A DNA stretch of 64,000 nucleotides, taken from contig JBDRRF010000103.1 in assembly GCA_043825875.1 (NCBI GenBank), positions 1-64,000 of the forward strand. Direction: 5' to 3'. Numbering within the stretch: position 1 is the stretch's first letter; each line of letters starts with the position of its first letter. Source of the DNA: Pseudomonadota bacterium (GTDB lineage: Bacteria > Desulfobacterota > Desulfobacteria > Desulfobacterales > RPRI01). A program made the translations under genes and the position numbers. This document shows positions 29,042-38,377 of this stretch, piece after piece. The notes beneath the pieces were generated by a model. That model searched no databases, was not told the DNA's origin, and saw only the letters and a program-made list of their open reading frames with translations.

Positions 29042-30232
29042 TTACTTGATAAAATGATCTAAGATTTGTTCTGCGGCCCTTGAAACAGAAAATGTATTCT
29101 CCAGAAGAGTACGTGCGTTATTACCTAATTTACGACGCAAATTGTCATCTGTTAATAACCTTCTTGCATTATATGCGAGTTTGTCATCTTCTCCGTTGAT
29201 ACATACCAGCCCTGCTTGTTTATCTTCCAAAATATCTCTTAAATCATTACCCGGATTTATGCTGGCCAATATCGGCATTGAATGATACATATACCCTAGC
29301 AGTTTACCCGGAAAATTTTGTGTTCTCAAGCCGTAATCCAGTGAGATCAATCCCACATCAAATTCAGACAGCATGGATAGATATTCTTGCTGCCCTAAGG
29401 CGTCGTGTATAGCAATATTTCTTAACCCATTTGATAAAATATGAGCTCTTAATCGGGACACTTCACTTCCGTTACCCACGAGCAAGAAATAGGCAGATGC
29501 CTCACCCCATAAATTTTCAGCAAGGCGGATAATATTGTCCATGTCCTGGGCCTCACCAATGTTGCCGCCATAAATAAAAACTACTTTGCCCTGTAACCCC
29601 AACCGCTCTCGGTATGCTTTAGCATGGATATTCTCTTCCGACAGAGCTGCCCAATTATAAAGCACCTCTATATGATTTTTTTTATCAAGGCCATTCTCTT
29701 CAAAATATTGAAGGTTAGCCGGTGATTGAACGCCAATGATATCTGCCGCTTCATAATTCTGCCGTTCTTTTAACTTGAAATATTTGTAAGCCAACCCTCG
29801 CCGCAATACACCAGCATCCACGGCCCATTGTGGAAAAATGTCACGCAGGACCAAATAAGATGGACAATTGAAATACTTTTTCAATTTCTTAACAAGTAAT
29901 CCAAAGAAAATCGTAGGCGAGTAGTAAATAATAAAATCACAAGGATTTTCCTTAAAGAAGCTTTGACCTTTTGCCCAAAGCAGATCTGAAAGCCTGGCTT
30001 CATTGAAGCCACGTATAATTCTGGAAGCTGTTTTAATTTTTCCTGTACGTACCCGTAAAACTTTTACGCCGTTTTCACAGGTTACTTCGGTTTCTGAAAG
30101 GATACTTTCATCAGGAGCAACGACAACAGGTTTATGACCCAACCGCAGGAATTCAACAGCGAGGTCATGAATAAGCTTTGCACTCGACATGGTACTGGGA
30201 AGATAGTAAACCACAAGAAGTAAAATACGCAT
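29042..30232 (-). CDS. Family 4 glycosyltransferase (WbuB/WbjE-like)
   Basis: LRDIFPQWA, YGGNIGEAQ, NFPGKL; follows Fnl-type genes. Confidence 0.85.
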   Translation of the reverse strand: MRILLLVVYYLPSTMSSAKLIHDLAVEFLRLGHKPVVVAPDESILSETEVTCENGVKVLRVRTGKIKTASRIIRGFNEARLSDLLWAKGQSFFKENPCDFIIYYSPTIFFGLLVKKLKKYFNCPSYLVLRDIFPQWAVDAGVLRRGLAYKYFKLKERQNYEAADIIGVQSPANLQYFEENGLDKKNHIEVLYNWAALSEENIHAKAYRERLGLQGKVVFIYGGNIGEAQDMDNIIRLAENLWGEASAYFLLVGNGSEVSRLRAHILSNGLRNIAIHDALGQQEYLSMLSEFDVGLISLDYGLRTQNFPGKLLGYMYHSMPILASINPGNDLRDILEDKQAGLVCINGEDDKLAYNARRLLTDDNLRRKLGNNARTLLENTFSVSRAAEQILDHFIK

Positions 30233-30284
30233 TGAGATAATTCTAATATGATCTTAAATTTATAGATATATATTCTTGGGATGG

Positions 30285-31406
30285 TTATTTGAACCAGACT
30301 GTTCGATTTACATAATCGGTATAACTCATTATGATTCGAAGAACTTTCAGGGAAACATTTTCCGTATCATAATCGGAAACAATTTTAAAAGGATGCCCTC
30401 CTTTGGAATATTGCGAAATGACGACATCAATCGATTCCAAAACCCTGTTAACTGTAAGGCCGCACATGATCAAGGTACCTTCGTCCATTCCTTCAGGCCT
30501 TTCATGCGCCTGACGGATCGTTACGGCAGGAAAGCTCAAAATGGAAGATTCCTCCGTAATTGTGCCGCTGTCAGAAATAACACAGCGGGCATGTATCTGG
30601 AGCTTCACGTAATCTAAAAAGCCAAGAGGTTTTAGAAAGCGTATACGATGATCCAATTCTCCCATGCAAAGACTTTCGATGCGATTTTTCGTGCGTGGAT
30701 GGGTAGAAACGATAACCGGTAAATCATATTTCTGTGCTATAGCCTCCAAAGAAGCTATCATATCAGAAAAATTAATATCACTGTCGATATTTTCTTCCCG
30801 GTGGGCGCTGACGACAAAGTAATTCCCCGCTTCCAACCGCAGCCGATCCAGAATATCCGATGCTTCGATCTGAAGTCTGTAATAGGCAAGCACCTCTTTC
30901 ATCGGGGAACCGGTTTTAATTACCATCTCCGGCTTAAGTCCTTCCGCCAGCAGATAACGGCGTGCATGTTCCGTATAAGTCAGATTTATATCGCTGATGT
31001 GATCGATGATTTTTCGATTGATCTCTTCCGGCACTCGCTGATCAAAACACCGGTTCCCAGCTTCCATATGGAAAATAGGAATCTTGCGCCGCTTTGCCGC
31101 AATGGCGGAAAGACAACTGTTCGTATCACCCAGCAGAAGAAAGGCATCCGGGCTTTCCTTTGCTAATAAATCATCCGTTCGAGCAATAACATTGCCTATG
31201 GTTTGAGCTGTTGTATCACCCGCTGCATTTAAAAAATAGTCAGGTTTTCTAATTCCAAGCTGCTTGAAAAAAATTTCATTTAACTCAAAATCATAGTTTT
31301 GCCCGGAGTGAACAAGAACATGGCTAACATGTTTATCAAGTTCACAAATGACCCTGCAAAGCTTTATGATTTCAGGTCGGGTGCCAACAAGAGTAAGAAC
31401 TTTCAT
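30285..31406 (-). CDS. UDP-N-acetylhexosamine 2-epimerase (FnlC/WbjD-type)
   Basis: GTRPEIIKL, HSGQNYD, GDTNS, HMEAGNRCFD..VPEE.NR, SDSGTITEE, ERPE. Confidence 0.92.
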   Translation of the reverse strand: MKVLTLVGTRPEIIKLCRVICELDKHVSHVLVHSGQNYDFELNEIFFKQLGIRKPDYFLNAAGDTTAQTIGNVIARTDDLLAKESPDAFLLLGDTNSCLSAIAAKRRKIPIFHMEAGNRCFDQRVPEEINRKIIDHISDINLTYTEHARRYLLAEGLKPEMVIKTGSPMKEVLAYYRLQIEASDILDRLRLEAGNYFVVSAHREENIDSDINFSDMIASLEAIAQKYDLPVIVSTHPRTKNRIESLCMGELDHRIRFLKPLGFLDYVKLQIHARCVISDSGTITEESSILSFPAVTIRQAHERPEGMDEGTLIMCGLTVNRVLESIDVVISQYSKGGHPFKIVSDYDTENVSLKVLRIIMSYTDYVNRTVWFK

Positions 31407-31476
31407 AATTTATAGCTTTCTCGGGGAGATGGGAATTTTTATATAAGTTTCAACCACGGACATATTTGATATTATT

Positions 31477-32547
31477 TCACCGTAATAATTCTGTTTTGCT
31501 AAAACTGTTTCCATCACTTACTATTAGGTTGTGTTTTATTAATAATTCCTTTGTTCCTTCTAAATCAAGAATTGTATCTGCGGAACTAAACTCTTTCGAA
31601 AGAGTATTTGGAATATCAGCACCGTTTTCCCGTAATTCCGGAAGCATTGGCAGTATTGCAAAATATTCCCCACGTTTTACACAATGATTAGCTTCTTCTT
31701 CCGAAACCATTATTTCGTGCATTTTTTCACCCGGCCTGATGCCGGTAATTTTTATTTCTATATTTTGTTTTCCTATCAAGGCTTTGGCAATATCAATTAC
31801 TTTAGAAGAAGGAGCATTGGGGACATAAGTCTCCCCGCGTTTAGCCTCCGCAATAGCTGCAAAGACTGTATCAACCGCCTGATTGAGACTGATTAAAAAT
31901 CGGGTCATTTCAGGTACGGTCACTGTTACTGGACCGCCATTTTTTATTTGATCGTGAAAAAGCGGGATAACCGAACCCCGTGAAGCAAGAACATTACCAT
32001 ATCTTACACAGATAAAACGAGTCTCGGGATTTAGAATGTTTGCGGCAATAACTATCCTTTCCTGAATTGATTTTGTCATACCCATCACATTTACAGGCTT
32101 ACAGGCTTTATCAGTGCTTATAGCAATAACGGTTTCAACCTGGTATCTGTTTTCTTCTATCGCTCTTACAATATTGGCTACGCCTAAGCAATTGGTCAAA
32201 ACAGCCTGATAAGGGAAATATTCGCATACCGGCACCTGCTTTAATGCAGCAGCATTTACTACTATATTTGCATCTTTCACTGCTGCACAAACATCAGCAT
32301 AGTTTCGAATATCACCTATCCTAAACTCTAGCACATTTAAAAAGTTTCGGTATATTACCTCATCTGTGGCCACCAGTTTATGCTGATAACTCATCCGCAT
32401 ATCATGCTGCTTGGCTTCATCACGTGAAAAGACAATCACCTTTTTGGGTGTCCCCATCTCACCGCTTAGAATACGATTCACCACGGTTTTTCCCAGGGAT
32501 CCTGTGCCCCCGGTAATCACAACTGTTTTATTTTCAAATATTGGCAT
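31477..32547 (-). CDS. UDP-GlcNAc 4,6-dehydratase (FnlA/WbjB/PseB-like)
   Basis: ITGGTGSLG, SRDEAKQ, AAALKQVP, STDKA, RYGNV.ASRGSVIP, GIRPGEK. Confidence 0.9.
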   Translation of the reverse strand: MPIFENKTVVITGGTGSLGKTVVNRILSGEMGTPKKVIVFSRDEAKQHDMRMSYQHKLVATDEVIYRNFLNVLEFRIGDIRNYADVCAAVKDANIVVNAAALKQVPVCEYFPYQAVLTNCLGVANIVRAIEENRYQVETVIAISTDKACKPVNVMGMTKSIQERIVIAANILNPETRFICVRYGNVLASRGSVIPLFHDQIKNGGPVTVTVPEMTRFLISLNQAVDTVFAAIAEAKRGETYVPNAPSSKVIDIAKALIGKQNIEIKITGIRPGEKMHEIMVSEEEANHCVKRGEYFAILPMLPELRENGADIPNTLSKEFSSADTILDLEGTKELLIKHNLIVSDGNSFSKTELLR

Positions 32548-32564
32548 TTTTCTCTCTGGCTGCT

Positions 32565-33461
32565 TTATTTTAAAGACTTTCCCTCATATCCAAAGTCAAC
32601 ATAGTGCTGATACATACTGTCAACAAGTTCCGCCCACGAGGGCGGATTGTAACCGGTTGCCTTTTGAAAAACAGATGAATTAATTGAACGGTCAAGAACA
32701 AAATCATCAAAAGGCTCTATCTCTATTTTCTTTCCATACCTTTCCATCACCAAGCGGAGCAGATCGTACTTTGATATAGATTCGGACGATACCTGATACA
32801 AGCCGGACAAATCAGAATTAGTGAGGACATATTCTGAAATAATCCGTGCCAATTCCACTGTAGGAAAGCCCGAATAAATCGCTCGGGTAAATCCCCGCAT
32901 CTTTCCTTCCTGGGCCAGAAACCACTCAATCAGTCCAAATTTTCCCTTCAGCTCATGTCCGATGATGGATGTCCGCAAAGTAACACAATGCGGATAGGTG
33001 ACCTCACCTAAAAATTTAGACCTTCCATAAAGATCTTTCGCATCCGACGGATCATCTTCTTTGTAATCGCCCTTCATTCCGTCAAATACGCAATCGGTGC
33101 TTATATGAATCAATTTGGCGCCTGTTGTACTGCATATCTGTGCTACTCTGTGAGGAAGTAATGAATTGATTTTAATCGCGGACAGCGGATCGTGGGCTAT
33201 TGGCAATTGTTTAATTAATCCAATACAATTGATAACAATATCCGGCTGAATGGATGCAAGGGCATGAATCACTGTATCAAAATTATCAGCATCAACATCT
33301 GCTCTGATTTTCTGTCGGAATTCCGGTGAAAACCATTTGTCAAGATTCGACGAAGTCCGTGCTGTTGCATAAACATCCAAATCGGAGCTCAATGAAAGCC
33401 GGGTAAACAATACGTGCCCCAGCATACCTGTACAACCTATAATCAATATTTTTTTTAGAAT
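32565..33461 (-). CDS. RmlD-family NDP-4-keto-6-deoxyhexose reductase
   Basis: GCTGMLG, INCIGLIKQ, HISTDCVF, YGRSK, RTSIIG; start uncertain (ATT at 33461 or TTG at 33446). Confidence 0.85.
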   Translation of the reverse strand: MLKKILIIGCTGMLGHVLFTRLSLSSDLDVYATARTSSNLDKWFSPEFRQKIRADVDADNFDTVIHALASIQPDIVINCIGLIKQLPIAHDPLSAIKINSLLPHRVAQICSTTGAKLIHISTDCVFDGMKGDYKEDDPSDAKDLYGRSKFLGEVTYPHCVTLRTSIIGHELKGKFGLIEWFLAQEGKMRGFTRAIYSGFPTVELARIISEYVLTNSDLSGLYQVSSESISKYDLLRLVMERYGKKIEIEPFDDFVLDRSINSSVFQKATGYNPPSWAELVDSMYQHYVDFGYEGKSLK

Positions 33462-33656
33462 GTTAAAAAATCTCCCTTAATTTTCTTTAATATTACAATA
33501 TTCCACAAAGTTGTAATATTACGAATTCTGAATGATGTTTGCGCTCGGCTAAAACATCCACAACATGATATGATATCAATTCTTGTGTCATCTTTTTATC
33601 AACTTGAGGAAGTGCACAGGCAAGTTTGATATCTGTACCTATAAATAAATAACAAT

Positions 33657-34439
33657 TTACAGTATGTGGTACTTCTCTTTAATGAGCGCATCTTTCTCTG
33701 CTCTGTTCGGATAATTTATGAGAACTGCCTTATAAACGCCTTTAAACACAAATAAACTACCGGCTGCAGCACCGATTATTCCATACTTGGCGATCAACTT
33801 CCCAATATCATCAAGCGAACCGGCACCACCGAGAACTGTCAGCGGTACGGTTATTGAATTTCTGATTCTGTCAATCAGCGTGATGTCGTAACCTTTCATA
33901 TTACCGTCATTATCAATAGAATTAACTACTACTTCGCCGACACCGAGATCTTCGAGCCGTCTAGCAAAATCGATAGGGCATTTACCGGTATTCTTTTTTC
34001 CATTATGAATCCTGACTTCATATTTACTGCTAAGCATTTTTTTTTTGACATCGATAACCGCAACCACACTCTGGCTACCGACGGCATCAGCTATTTGGGG
34101 AATCAATTCGGGATTATCGACTACGGCAGAACTCAGAGCCACCTTTTCCACACCAAGGCTGATTATTCTTTGTGCCTGATGCACTGTTTTAATGCCTCCA
34201 CCATAGCAAAAAGGCATACGGCATTCAGCCGCTAGATTTTCAATCATCTTAAAGTCTGGTTCATTCCCGTTGGCAGCGGCATCTATATCCAGTACAATCA
34301 GCTCATCTACTTCCTTCTCGTTAAAAATCCGCACAGCGTTAATGGGATCGCCAAGATATTTGCCATCCTTGAAATTGATGGTTTTTACAAGCCCTTTATT
34401 TTTTACCAGTAGGCACGGAATGATTCTAGGACGTAACAT
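33657..34439 (-). CDS. HisF-like amidation subunit (WbuZ/AglZ-type)
   Basis: MLRPRIIPCLL, GDPINAVRIFNEKEVDEL, AAAGSLFVF; adjacent to WbuX-like and HisH-like genes. Confidence 0.9.
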   Translation of the reverse strand: MLRPRIIPCLLVKNKGLVKTINFKDGKYLGDPINAVRIFNEKEVDELIVLDIDAAANGNEPDFKMIENLAAECRMPFCYGGGIKTVHQAQRIISLGVEKVALSSAVVDNPELIPQIADAVGSQSVVAVIDVKKKMLSSKYEVRIHNGKKNTGKCPIDFARRLEDLGVGEVVVNSIDNDGNMKGYDITLIDRIRNSITVPLTVLGGAGSLDDIGKLIAKYGIIGAAAGSLFVFKGVYKAVLINYPNRAEKDALIKEKYHIL

Positions 34440-34441
34440 AT

Positions 34442-35056
34442 TTATATTTCAGAAAAATTTTTAAGAAGCTGAATGCCCCATTGATGGCTTTTTTCCGGAT
34501 GGAACTGAACACCGAAAATATTACCGGAATGAACTGCCGAAGCAAACAGCCCGCCATAGTCGGTAACCGCAAGCATATCTTCATTTTTCCGGCAATGGAA
34601 ATAATATGAATGTAAAAAATAAAAACGGCTGTCCGCTCCAAGGTCTTTTAATAAAGAGTTCTGTATAAGCGGTCGGATATTGTTCCAGCCCATATGAGGA
34701 AGATGCGTGGCCGAAGTTAATTTTGAAGAGTCAAATTTCTTTACCTCACCATCAATCCAACCCAAACCGGGCATTTTCCCTTCCTCGCTGGAATGAGCCA
34801 TAATCTGCATTCCTACGCAAACACCTAACACCGGCAAATGCCTCTTAAGCGCAATGTCATCAAGAGGTTGCCGCATATCCGATTTGTCCAACAGACGCAT
34901 CGCACTATCAAAGGCTCCGACACCCGGAAGAATTATTTTAGTAACCGGCTTTAAATCAACTGCTTTTGCCACTATTACAAACTTGATGCCCAATCTATTG
35001 TAGATATTGGCAAACGCTTTGATATTTCCCAGACCATAATTAATTATGCCAATCAT
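34442..35056 (-). CDS. HisH-like glutamine amidotransferase (WbuY-type)
   Basis: ILPGVGAF, GVCVGMQ, PHMGWN, FYFLHSY, QFHPEKS. Confidence 0.92.
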   Translation of the reverse strand: MIGIINYGLGNIKAFANIYNRLGIKFVIVAKAVDLKPVTKIILPGVGAFDSAMRLLDKSDMRQPLDDIALKRHLPVLGVCVGMQIMAHSSEEGKMPGLGWIDGEVKKFDSSKLTSATHLPHMGWNNIRPLIQNSLLKDLGADSRFYFLHSYYFHCRKNEDMLAVTDYGGLFASAVHSGNIFGVQFHPEKSHQWGIQLLKNFSEI

Positions 35057-36210
35057 CGAATAACTCTTTTTTCCACACCCAGCAGTCTCATTATTGTTGT
35101 ACCCAAATTTATGAGAAATAATTTATTTTTGTAATCACGAAAAGACTTATTTTCCCCGTTAAAAAGCTCCTGCAATTGATCTTCGGTCAAGTCCAGTTTT
35201 TTGGCTACATATTCAAAATCGTCTCTCATTTCCTGTTCACTTATTTCCGGCTTTGCTACTCGTGCCAATGCTTCTTCGCGGGTCATCTGCTTAGTTAGAA
35301 CTAAGCTGGAAAGATGAGCTTTGCGTCTTTCATAACCAAACTTTTGCGGAAGCCAGTAGCATTCTACAAATCTTGTGAAACGTGACTCATGATGCTTCTG
35401 TGCGTATTTTTGCCAACCGAAACGCTCTGTCAGCAAACGAATGACATCTTCTTTAATGTAAGGAACATAATCCAGCGGCCTTATTATTTGAAGGCCTTTG
35501 ATGTATCTATAATAAAGCTTATACTTAAGAATATCTGCCGTGGGAAAAGTCTTTAAGGGAATCATGCCGAAGCGGTGATGAATATCTTTCACAAAACGCA
35601 TATCCGTCTGATAGTATGCCCCCCATTCCAGCGGTTCCCGGACACATTCCGTGGAAAAGTTTCCACCTGTCAGAATATATTTATATTTATTCTTAGCAGC
35701 AAAGTTGTAAAGAGCTGAAAAAAAACATAAATCCTGCGGCGTATCAACATTGGCCACTTGTGCTTTGAAAAAAGACAACTGCAAATCTTTCATCTCAGAC
35801 CAATCGACAACTTCTGTATAAAGGTCCAGCCCTAATCCATCAACAAGTCTGTGAATGTTATTCGCGGATATCTCCGAATTCCATCCGCCGTCAACATGGA
35901 ATAACAGTGGATTTAATCCCAATTTTTCTTTTGCAATGTACGCAACATAGGAACTGTCCACACCGCCGCTGATTCCAACAAGACAATCATGGGGGAGGCC
36001 TTGACTATCGCTTTTAATTTTCTCGACAACAGACGCAAGATACTTTTCCCCTCGTTCATCCGTATGCCAATTGGGAAGAATATTTTCGTAGTAATTGCGA
36101 CAATAGTCACACCAACCACGTTCATCAAAGGTAATATCAGGATCAGTAGTATCCATTATGCAATTAGAACATATTTGATAATTTTTCTGACTCATTTCTT
36201 TACTTCTCAA
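35053..36210 (-). CDS. N-acetyl sugar amidotransferase (WbuX/WbpG-type)
   Basis: CSNCIMD...CDYC, SGGVDSS PP-loop, KHHESRFTRF; the true start may be the Met at 36195. Confidence 0.9.
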   Translation of the reverse strand: MRSKEMSQKNYQICSNCIMDTTDPDITFDERGWCDYCRNYYENILPNWHTDERGEKYLASVVEKIKSDSQGLPHDCLVGISGGVDSSYVAYIAKEKLGLNPLLFHVDGGWNSEISANNIHRLVDGLGLDLYTEVVDWSEMKDLQLSFFKAQVANVDTPQDLCFFSALYNFAAKNKYKYILTGGNFSTECVREPLEWGAYYQTDMRFVKDIHHRFGMIPLKTFPTADILKYKLYYRYIKGLQIIRPLDYVPYIKEDVIRLLTERFGWQKYAQKHHESRFTRFVECYWLPQKFGYERRKAHLSSLVLTKQMTREEALARVAKPEISEQEMRDDFEYVAKKLDLTEDQLQELFNGENKSFRDYKNKLFLINLGTTIMRLLGVEKRVIR

Positions 36211-36232
36211 AACCTATCTTAAGTAGGTAGAT

Positions 36233-37465
36233 TTAATGCTGCAGATGCTTTTTAAAAAGTTGACGATTTGTTTCAAGAATTCTCGGATCAAGCAAGCGTT
36301 CAACGATTTTAGTTTTAATTTCCGACCTCTTTATGAGACGGTCATCATGGTTCAACAAAGCCAGCTTCTCAATGACATTAACAAAAGAATCTTGCTGTGT
36401 TAAATCAATATCCCAACCAAGTCCATCATCCTGAAGGTTGCGCCATGGTGTTTCGGTGCTTATCAAAACCGGAGTACCGGCAGTTAAACATTCTGCAATA
36501 ACATGTCCATAGGCTTCTCCGCCGGTAGGAAACAAAAACAGATCATAACTGCCGAATATTTTTACTACTTCATTTGAGTCGACACGACCCAGATAATTAA
36601 CAGCCACATTTGCCGGTAATTGGCTGATTAATGCCTGACATTCGTTCCAATAAACTGTATTTTCGGCAGGACCATAAATATCAAAAATAACCTTGGTATT
36701 AACCTTTTTCAATACTTCCAAAGCGTAGTCCAGATTTTTTTCCCGCGATATTCGGGATAAAAAGACGATTCTCAAACTATTGCCATCAGTTTGACATAAA
36801 TTTACATCTTGTGAAATGTTTTTAATAGGTAGATCTTCCGTTATATGAATCTCGTCAATTTTTATTTTCATGACCTTAACAATATCCGCCATTTCAAACT
36901 CACTGGATGCACGCCAGGTCACATTATTATAAAGCCCAATAAGTCTTGCAAATTGAATAAAAACAAACTTTTTTAGGTATTTTTGCTTTAATGAAGCCCA
37001 GCCAAACTCACCCCAAGGCGCAACAATAAAAGGTTTAAACATTTTTTTATGAAGCTTCCTGTTCAACAACACCTTGATTGTGAAGAGGTCAAAAAAACTA
37101 TTGAGGTACAACACATCATGAGGCGTATTTGTTATTAAACTGTATATATCTTTTAGCGTGTTGGACTGAGAAGATAAATAATAAACTTGGGCATTACCAA
37201 CCTGTTGCCATTGATTAAGTTTTATATCAGAATATGGGTTATCATCTCCCAAATCACGATCTCTCGTTACTATCTTAAACTCAAATTCATCACACAAATG
37301 ATCGACGGTATTGACAGTTATACGCAAAATACCGCCAGCTTTATAGCCGGGGAGATAATTACCGATAAAGGTAAGAATTACCGGTTTGTCACAAGATTTT
37401 GCAGAACTATCGGTTTGTTGGTAATTGCTCACAATATGCTCTATTTCATCATTGCTGTACCGCAA
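36233..37465 (-). CDS. Family 4 glycosyltransferase
   Basis: YLPGYKAGG, FLSRISREKNL, EAYGHVIAE..AGTPV. Confidence 0.9.
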   Translation of the reverse strand: MRYSNDEIEHIVSNYQQTDSSAKSCDKPVILTFIGNYLPGYKAGGILRITVNTVDHLCDEFEFKIVTRDRDLGDDNPYSDIKLNQWQQVGNAQVYYLSSQSNTLKDIYSLITNTPHDVLYLNSFFDLFTIKVLLNRKLHKKMFKPFIVAPWGEFGWASLKQKYLKKFVFIQFARLIGLYNNVTWRASSEFEMADIVKVMKIKIDEIHITEDLPIKNISQDVNLCQTDGNSLRIVFLSRISREKNLDYALEVLKKVNTKVIFDIYGPAENTVYWNECQALISQLPANVAVNYLGRVDSNEVVKIFGSYDLFLFPTGGEAYGHVIAECLTAGTPVLISTETPWRNLQDDGLGWDIDLTQQDSFVNVIEKLALLNHDDRLIKRSEIKTKIVERLLDPRILETNRQLFKKHLQH

Positions 37466-38372
37466 CTATGCTACGAACAGAACCTTCTACACCAAGACGG
37501 TAACGAAAACCTGTTGATAAAAGTTTGGTCGAAGAATAGCGGACATTGCCATAATTACAAGGGCCTCTCCATAACCTTCGAAAGATATAAGGTATAATGA
37601 TTGGCAGATAAATTTTCCGGCTGATTCTCTCAATGGGAAAGCCTTGTTGAATTGACTTATACAGTTTCCATAAACCTCCAAATGTATTGAATAGCTCATG
37701 GTCACAGGATATGAAAAAACAGGCCGGTTTTTCGAAACTGCTTTTCATAAAATACATAGCCGCATCAGCAACGTCTTCAGAGTGAACAATGTGAGCGCAT
37801 TCATTCCCTTTCAAAAATACGGTAAGCCTGTCAAGTAGATTACTCCTTATCGGCAGAGATAATGCACCCGGCCGTTTCTCATCAATTACATCCGTTGGCC
37901 TAAGTATTACGGTACTGCAATTCCCGATAGTTTTAGCTACCAATTTTTCGGCAGCCCACTTAGATTTTTCATAATAATTTTGGGGATTGCACTTACTTCT
38001 TTCGTCAACAACATGGTCATCAGTTAATCCTATTACCCCTGCACTGCTCAAATAACAGAAATAGGTGATATTTGATTCAGAAATTAAATTCAATATTTTT
38101 TCAGTAACTGATACATTGACATCCCACATTTTTGATTCATCACGCAGCTCGGCAGCACAATGGAAAAGATATGATACATTTTCTAAGAATAGTCGCAACG
38201 AACTCTCATCCTCAATATTACCAACGATTGTCTGCACATTGTCGATATGAAGTGATTTATTTCTTGTTAAGATTCTTACTTCATATCCCTCTTGCAATAA
38301 TTTTTGCGTTATTTTCCGGCCAACCATGCCGGAACCGCCCGTGACTGCTGCTATGCCCTTAGCCATCTTCAT
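37449..38372 (-). CDS. NAD-dependent epimerase/dehydratase
   Basis: VTGGSGMVG, HCAA, YEKSK. Confidence 0.85.
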   Translation of the reverse strand: MKMAKGIAAVTGGSGMVGRKITQKLLQEGYEVRILTRNKSLHIDNVQTIVGNIEDESSLRLFLENVSYLFHCAAELRDESKMWDVNVSVTEKILNLISESNITYFCYLSSAGVIGLTDDHVVDERSKCNPQNYYEKSKWAAEKLVAKTIGNCSTVILRPTDVIDEKRPGALSLPIRSNLLDRLTVFLKGNECAHIVHSEDVADAAMYFMKSSFEKPACFFISCDHELFNTFGGLWKLYKSIQQGFPIERISRKIYLPIIIPYIFRRLWRGPCNYGNVRYSSTKLLSTGFRYRLGVEGSVRSIVAVQQ

Positions 38373-38377
38373 TTATC

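Noticed and set aside
33657..35056. Histidine biosynthesis hisF/hisH
   Set aside because: Context beside a WbuX-like gene in a glycan cluster indicates the sugar-amidation paralogues.
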